Part shown: positions 58,622 to 64,000 of the stretch, one piece after another
Numbering within the stretch: the first letter of the stretch is position 1
How the letters are laid out: each line of letters opens with the position of its first letter
Source of the DNA: an uncultured virus (IMG/VR IMGVR_UViG_3300027229_000184)
Taxonomy: Duplodnaviria; Heunggongvirae; Uroviricota; Caudoviricetes
Length of the DNA stretch: 64,000 bases
Virus record (IMG/VR): IMGVR_UViG_3300027229_000184
Strand: one strand, 5' to 3'
Program-made: the position numbers and the translations under genes
The notes under the pieces: model-generated
What the model was told of the DNA's origin: nothing
The model's database searches: none
What the model saw: only the letters and a program-made list of their open reading frames with translations

Positions 58622-59515
58622 ATGAAAGCTCTTGTAACAGGAGGTGCCGGCTTTATTGGTCATCATCTAGTTAAGTCTCTTTTAGAAAAAGGTTATGAAG
58701 TTGAGGTTTGGGACAATCTATCAACCGGTAAACTTGATAGATTGTTAAAATCAATTCCACAATCCAAATCAGTTGAGTTTAAGAAATTAGACTTAACTTA
58801 TGATCTTCTACCAGAGGTTGAAGGTGTTGACGTAGTTTTCCACTTAGCAGCTACAACTTCTGTTCAAGAGTCATTAGAGAACCCTCAGAAATACGAGCAA
58901 CATTGTTATATGACAACCAAACGGATGTTAGATTGGTGCTTGAATAACAGGGTGAAAAGATTTGTATTTGCATCAACAGCTGCGGTATATGGCGAACCGA
59001 TTGAAGTTCCAGTCATGGAATCAATTGAATTGAATCCAATGTCACCGTATGCACAGTGGAAGTTAAAGTCTGAGCACTTGATGGCCGCATATCAGAATAA
59101 TTTTGGTATGAATTGTACTGCTCTGAGATTGTTTAACGTCTATGGCGAAGGCCAGCCTTCTTCAGGTTCTTATGCTCCAGCCGTTGCACTATTCTTAAAA
59201 CAGTTTGAGGCATTTGAACCTATAACAGTAACCGGAGACGGTCTTCAAACTAGAGATTACATTTACGTTAACGATGTAGCTCGAGCCTTTGTTACTGCTG
59301 CAGAAAAACCAAGCCCAGTATTTAGAGTTATGAACGTTGGAACAGGTGAAGAGTTAACTATTCTTGAGATTGCAGAAGCTTTTGGCGGCGAAATAAAGCA
59401 CATTCCGGCCAGAAAAGAGCCCAGAAGATCATGTGCTAATACTGATAAGATTAAAAAAGAGCTTGGATGGTCTTCTTCTGAAACTGTTTTGAGCTTTATA
59501 AATAAAATAAAGTAA
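58622..59515 (+). CDS. NAD-dependent epimerase (UDP-glucose 4-epimerase-like)
   Basis: VTGGAGFIG, HLAA, PYAQWK, RLFNVYG, RDYIYV.D. Confidence 0.92.
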   Translation: MKALVTGGAGFIGHHLVKSLLEKGYEVEVWDNLSTGKLDRLLKSIPQSKSVEFKKLDLTYDLLPEVEGVDVVFHLAATTSVQESLENPQKYEQHCYMTTKRMLDWCLNNRVKRFVFASTAAVYGEPIEVPVMESIELNPMSPYAQWKLKSEHLMAAYQNNFGMNCTALRLFNVYGEGQPSSGSYAPAVALFLKQFEAFEPITVTGDGLQTRDYIYVNDVARAFVTAAEKPSPVFRVMNVGTGEELTILEIAEAFGGEIKHIPARKEPRRSCANTDKIKKELGWSSSETVLSFINKIK

Positions 59516-59521
59516 AAGTAT

Positions 59522-61372
59522 ATGTGTGGAATCGTAGGATACATTGGTAAGGACCTCGTAGGACCTGGCGTAGTTATTAAAGGTCTTCAAAGACTAGAAT
59601 ATAGAGGATATGATTCTGCGGGTATTGCAATTAAAGACGGATTAGGTATCAGAGTTCACCGTTCAGTCGGTGGTGTCGATAATCTATATGAAGCCATCCC
59701 CGAAGATCAAAGTTGGGAAGTAGATTGTGCAATTGGTCACACTCGATGGGCAACCCATGGTGAACCGGCTGTTAGAAATGCACACCCACACACTTCAATG
59801 CAGGGTAAAGTAACCCTAGTTCACAACGGTATCATTGAAAACTATGAGACCCTAAAGAAAAAGCTGATTCAAGAGGGCTTTACGTTCCAATCTGATACCG
59901 ATACTGAGGTTTTAGCCAACTGGATTGAGTACATTTGGACTACATCTACTTGCGATTTTGCAAATGCAGTACGTTTTGCATTACAAGATGTTGTTGGTGC
60001 TTATGCGATCTTAGTTATTAGTGTTGATTCAACTGACATGGTAATGGCTCGAAAGTCATCTCCCCTTGCAATTGGCATCGGAGAAGGCGAATTTATCATC
60101 GCGTCTGATGCTACACCAATTGTAGAGTACACTAAGGACATAATTTACCTTAATGATGAGCAAATTGCAGTCGTCGAAGACAAAAAGACACTTCGAATCA
60201 TCAATTTGGACGCTTCGGAAGTAGATCCAGTGATCGAAAAGGTAGAATTAGAGCTTGATACGATCGAAAAGGGTGGTTATGACTCATTCATGTTAAAAGA
60301 GATCTACGAACAGCCAGATTCAGTGTGGAATTGTCTTCGTGGACGTTTGACAGAAGGTGAAGAACCCTTGATGATGGGTGGAGTTGAAAATGTGCTGCCT
60401 CAATTGCTTCGAGCTAACAAAATCTTCATCATTGCATGCGGAACTTCATGGCATGCAGGTCTAATTGGTAAAAATATGATTGAAAAGCTGACTCGAATCC
60501 CAGTTGAGGTTGATTATGCGTCAGAATTCAGGTACAAAGACCCAATTATTCGTCCAGGTGATGTAGTAATCTCAATTTCTCAGTCTGGTGAGACCGCAGA
60601 TACAAAGGCGGCGATGGAAATGGCTCGTGAAAGAGGTGCCACTCTATTTGGAATCGTTAATGTTGTAGGTTCTTCTATTTCTCGATTGGCTGATGCAGGC
60701 ATTTACACACACTCTGGAATTGAAATTGGAGTAGCTTCGACTAAAGCATTTACTGGTCAAGTTGCAGCTCTTTCTCTGCTGGCGATCAAAATGGCTCGTC
60801 AATTGAATTCAATCACCGATAATGATTACATTAAGCTAAAATTAGCCCTCAAGCACATCCCAGGCAAGATTAGAACGATCCTGGATGACACGAATCACAT
60901 ATTTGAAGTAGCAAATAAGTACGCAATTGATGAATACCAGGACTTTCTATACCTCGCCAGAGGCATTAACTTCCCGGTTGCTTTGGAAGGCTCTTTGAAG
61001 CTAAAAGAGATCTCATACATTCACGCTGAAGGTTATCCAGCTGGTGAAATGAAACATGGACCAATTGCATTAATTGACGAACAGTGTCCATCGGTTTTTA
61101 TCGTTCCAAATGATTCATCATACGGTAAAGTGGTGTCAAACATGCAAGAGGTTAAAGCTCGTAAAGGTAAAGTTATCGCAATTGTGACAAAAGGAGATGA
61201 GTTGATTCGAGGGATCGCTGACGATGTCATTGAGATACCTGAGACAGAAGAATTGCTAACTCCTTTATTGACAGTTATTCCACTACAGTTGCTCTCCTAT
61301 CAGATTGCGGTGCAACGTGGATGCAATGTTGATAAGCCAAGAAATTTGGCAAAATCTGTCACCGTAGAGTAA
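59522..61372 (+). CDS. glmS: Glutamine-fructose-6-phosphate aminotransferase
   Basis: MCGIVG, EYRGYDSAG, GHTRWATHG, SQSGET, PRNLAKSVTVE. Confidence 0.97.
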   Translation: MCGIVGYIGKDLVGPGVVIKGLQRLEYRGYDSAGIAIKDGLGIRVHRSVGGVDNLYEAIPEDQSWEVDCAIGHTRWATHGEPAVRNAHPHTSMQGKVTLVHNGIIENYETLKKKLIQEGFTFQSDTDTEVLANWIEYIWTTSTCDFANAVRFALQDVVGAYAILVISVDSTDMVMARKSSPLAIGIGEGEFIIASDATPIVEYTKDIIYLNDEQIAVVEDKKTLRIINLDASEVDPVIEKVELELDTIEKGGYDSFMLKEIYEQPDSVWNCLRGRLTEGEEPLMMGGVENVLPQLLRANKIFIIACGTSWHAGLIGKNMIEKLTRIPVEVDYASEFRYKDPIIRPGDVVISISQSGETADTKAAMEMARERGATLFGIVNVVGSSISRLADAGIYTHSGIEIGVASTKAFTGQVAALSLLAIKMARQLNSITDNDYIKLKLALKHIPGKIRTILDDTNHIFEVANKYAIDEYQDFLYLARGINFPVALEGSLKLKEISYIHAEGYPAGEMKHGPIALIDEQCPSVFIVPNDSSYGKVVSNMQEVKARKGKVIAIVTKGDELIRGIADDVIEIPETEELLTPLLTVIPLQLLSYQIAVQRGCNVDKPRNLAKSVTVE

Positions 61373-61419
61373 ACAATTCCTTTCATCGATATATAACTAG
61401 TAAATATATTTTACACATT

Positions 61420-61806
61420 ATGAAAATTGAAGTATCTAATGGCGAGATCTTGGATAAGTACAGTATCCTAGAAATCAAATTACAAGAGATTAAAGACGAG
61501 GCCAAATTGGCTAATGTACAAAACGAGTACGATTCTTTGACTCAGGCAGTGGAATCAATTAAATCATTGAATCCATTGACAGTTGCAACCCTTTACAAAG
61601 ACCTTCTTAATATTAACAAAACTCTTTGGAATGTTGAAGATTTGATTCGCGATTGTGAACGCGATAATAATTTTGGTCAAGATTTCATTGAGTTAGCACG
61701 TTCAGTTTATTACACGAACGACGAAAGAGCCGAGATTAAAAAGAACATCAATTTGGCTACAGGTTCAGACCTAGTCGAAGAAAAGTCGTATCAAAAGTAC
61801 GCTTAA
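61420..61806 (+). CDS. DUF6165-like protein
   Basis: S.GEILDK.SILEIK...LW..ED...ARSVYYTND.RA.IK...EEK. Confidence 0.8.
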   Translation: MKIEVSNGEILDKYSILEIKLQEIKDEAKLANVQNEYDSLTQAVESIKSLNPLTVATLYKDLLNINKTLWNVEDLIRDCERDNNFGQDFIELARSVYYTNDERAEIKKNINLATGSDLVEEKSYQKYA

Positions 61807-61824
61807 AAATAACTCTATTGCGCC

Positions 61825-62121
61825 ATGTCTATGGATAACGCTGATAAGTTTTGTAGCCTATTCAGCAATTTCTGTTTAGTTGTTAGACCTAAGAGCGAAG
61901 CTCGTCAAAAAGCAACCAAAGAGGACTTACACGAGAGTGTTGATTATAAGACCAAGTCTCAAATCAAGAATATGCTCAAAAAGGCCACTGAAGAATATAA
62001 TCATGCTAAAAAGCTATTTAAGCATGGTAAGATTTCAAAAGAGGAATTGTATGATTATGAATGGCGAGTCTTTGAATTAAAAGACGAATTAGATAAGTTT
62101 AATGATAAAGGGGTCGCTTAA
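61825..62121 (+). CDS. Hypothetical protein
   Basis: ORF before terminator. Confidence 0.6.
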   Translation: MSMDNADKFCSLFSNFCLVVRPKSEARQKATKEDLHESVDYKTKSQIKNMLKKATEEYNHAKKLFKHGKISKEELYDYEWRVFELKDELDKFNDKGVA

Positions 62122-62136
62122 GACCCCTTTCTTTTT
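62107..62136 (+). terminator. Rho-independent terminator
   Basis: aaaggggtc-gcttaa-gacccctttcttttt. Confidence 0.85.
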
Positions 62137-62152
62137 GTCAGATAAATAATAG

Positions 62153-62827
62153 ATGGACAAAAGGATTCTCGAAAGCTACGACAACTGGTCTTTAGACAGG
62201 GCTGTTTTTTCTAAACAGCCTAAACCTAGGCACGTCGAGAGGATGGAAAATCCAATTGAAAACGGATTGATTCACACTAAAGCTGAAAACGCTCCAGTCC
62301 AAGTTCCACCTTCTAATTCCTCTTCGCAAACTCGTCAAGAGTTGTTGCAGATGGCAAGAGATATTGAGGCGGTTGGTAAGAAAAAGCAACAAAAGATTGT
62401 TAGCAAGTACGATTCTGGTTTTGAATGGAAATTTGAAAAGATTTGTAAAGATCTTGGAATTAAATGGAACAAAGAATACGTTGACAGATTGATTGAAGAG
62501 TCAGGTGACATCATTTTACAATTGAAGTATAAATGGAATCGTCCAAGACCCTTTCAATTGGCACCAATGTTAGGTATCAAAATGAATGTGGGTAAAGCTT
62601 ACACGGCTGGAACACCTTCATTTCCTTCTGGTCATTCGGCACAATCACAATTAATAGCAGATGTTTTATCAAAAGTTTATCCCCTACATCGAGATGCTTT
62701 TCAAACTGTTCCAGAAAAAGTCAGCTACTCGCGTTACATCGGTGGTCTCCACTTCCCGAGTGACATCGAATACGGAAAGCAAATCGGACACTGGCTCGCA
62801 AGCCACACCAACACCGATTCCTACTGA
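62153..62827 (+). CDS. PAP2-superfamily phosphatase
   Basis: K..WNRPRP, PSFPSGH, SR..GGLHFPSD. Confidence 0.88.
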   Translation: MDKRILESYDNWSLDRAVFSKQPKPRHVERMENPIENGLIHTKAENAPVQVPPSNSSSQTRQELLQMARDIEAVGKKKQQKIVSKYDSGFEWKFEKICKDLGIKWNKEYVDRLIEESGDIILQLKYKWNRPRPFQLAPMLGIKMNVGKAYTAGTPSFPSGHSAQSQLIADVLSKVYPLHRDAFQTVPEKVSYSRYIGGLHFPSDIEYGKQIGHWLASHTNTDSY

Positions 62828-62858
62828 ACCGAGTGTAGAAACTACAACACAACCGACA

Positions 62859-63536
62859 ATGGACAAAGAATTCATTAAATCAATTCATCAGCTTCCTCTA
62901 AACTCAGATGAGTACATTCAAGAGGAATGCGCAAAGTATCAGATCTACCTACACCACACTGCTGGTAACGCCTCGGGTAGAGCTACAATGAGAAACTGGG
63001 ATGCCGATAAAAGAGGTAGAATCGCAACATGTGTTACAATCTCTAACACTGGTGCTAAAGATTCACCAGACGGTGAGATCGTACAGGGTTTCTCTTCAAA
63101 GTATTGGGCCTATCACTTAGGCTTAAAGCAGGATCATTTCAAGGTGTTTAATGCACCCTATAAGCAATTAGATAAGTATTCAATCGGTATTGAAATCTGT
63201 GCTTGGGGTCCTCTAACTCTAAAGGATGGTAAGTTCTACACTTACGTTAATACTGTGGTTCCAGCTGACCAAGTTTGTGAATTAGAAGAACCTTTTAAGG
63301 GTCACAAGTACTATCACAAGTATTCTGACGCACAGATTGAGTCAGTTAAGAACCTTCTTCTATACTGGAATGACGTGTACGATATTCCATTGGATTACAA
63401 TGAAGATATTTGGGGTCTAACTGAAAGAGCTTTCACAATGGAACCAGGCGTTTACACCCACAATTCAGTTAGAAAGGACAAATCAGATGTATTCCCACAA
63501 CCTGAATTAATCGCAATGTTAAAGTCACTATCATAA
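62859..63536 (+). CDS. N-acetylmuramoyl-L-alanine amidase (endolysin)
   Basis: IYLHHTAG, WAYHLG, SIGIEI, Q...V..L, THNSVRKDKSD. Confidence 0.88.
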   Translation: MDKEFIKSIHQLPLNSDEYIQEECAKYQIYLHHTAGNASGRATMRNWDADKRGRIATCVTISNTGAKDSPDGEIVQGFSSKYWAYHLGLKQDHFKVFNAPYKQLDKYSIGIEICAWGPLTLKDGKFYTYVNTVVPADQVCELEEPFKGHKYYHKYSDAQIESVKNLLLYWNDVYDIPLDYNEDIWGLTERAFTMEPGVYTHNSVRKDKSDVFPQPELIAMLKSLS

Positions 63537-63847
63537 TGGAAGAACTAATTCAACGTTACTTCGGTGAGTGGGGAGCATGGGTTATCACTGGTTTGTTAAT
63601 CCTAGCCGCAAAGGATGCAATCTCGCAAACTTGGAGTGGGTTGAAGTTTATGATGGGTAACGATTTCAACAATGATGATATCGTTTACATTAATGGTAAT
63701 AAAAAAGCTCGAATCGTACGTCAAGGAATATATAAGACTACCTTCTATCTGTACGATCATCAGCGTAAGTTTATTGTTCCAAATGATAGATTATGGTCAC
63801 TAAACATCGAGAAAGAAATTCCACAAGGAGAAGATGAAAAGAATTAA
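63536..63847 (+). CDS. MscS-like small membrane protein (holin candidate by position)
   Basis: TM followed by F..DD.V.I.G...T.F...VPN. Confidence 0.65.
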   Translation: MEELIQRYFGEWGAWVITGLLILAAKDAISQTWSGLKFMMGNDFNNDDIVYINGNKKARIVRQGIYKTTFYLYDHQRKFIVPNDRLWSLNIEKEIPQGEDEKN

Positions 63848-64000
63848 ACTGTTTGAAGACTTCGTTAACGAAGGGTATTACGATCCAGGAATCTTAAAGG
63901 CCTTTTTCATGGCCGGTGGGCCTGGTTCAGGTAAATCATTTGTAGCAACTGAGTTGTTTGACTTTCCAAAGAGAGCACAATCATCAGTATCTTACGCAAC
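63834..64000 (+). CDS. P-loop NTPase/kinase (3' truncated)
   Basis: MKRIKLFEDFVNEG...AFFMAGGPGSGKS. Confidence 0.75.
   Translation, partial: MKRIKLFEDFVNEGYYDPGILKAFFMAGGPGSGKSFVATELFDFPKRAQSSVSYA

Noticed and set aside
59490..59522. glmS ribozyme upstream of glmS
   Set aside because: Only 6 nt separate glmS from the previous gene
62661..62858. Extended amidase N-terminus or PAP2-amidase frameshift fusion (PTPIPTEP linker-like)
   Set aside because: No clear slippery site, PAP2 ends normally, and the ATG at 62859 gives a complete amidase

Overview
A 64 kb segment of a large (jumbo/huge) tailed phage genome, almost certainly infecting Bacteroidota (Flavobacteria-like). Evidence: TAnnTTTG-like early promoters, A-rich starts without Shine-Dalgarno motifs, T9SS-sorted proteins, an Hc1-like protein and bS21. 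All credible genes are on the + strand in the standard code. The window holds: (i) a collagen-like tail fibre with S74 chaperone plus LamG/fibrinogen-like virion proteins; (ii) a large glycan/protein-modification set (GT4, GT2, GT25, GT9/BAHT heptosyltransferase, GlmS, Glf, Ugd, epimerases, carbamoyltransferase, methyltransferases, sulfotransferases, CysC/CysK); (iii) host-takeover and repair genes (bS21, DnaJ, PhoH, RNase HII, Nei, DenV, ECF sigma); (iv) 11 tRNAs interleaved with several structured ncRNAs; (v) an amidase endolysin. Top observations: a ~229-nt minimal RNase P RNA with most of its specificity domain missing; a leader-peptide/terminator attenuator directly in front of tRNA-Cys; a metazoan-like collagen modification pair (PLOD-like lysyl hydroxylase and COLGALT-like GT25) together with a Gly-X-Lys collagen fibre; and a multi-pseudoknotted RNA after tRNA-Asp. 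All product calls come from motif recognition by eye; no database searches were run.
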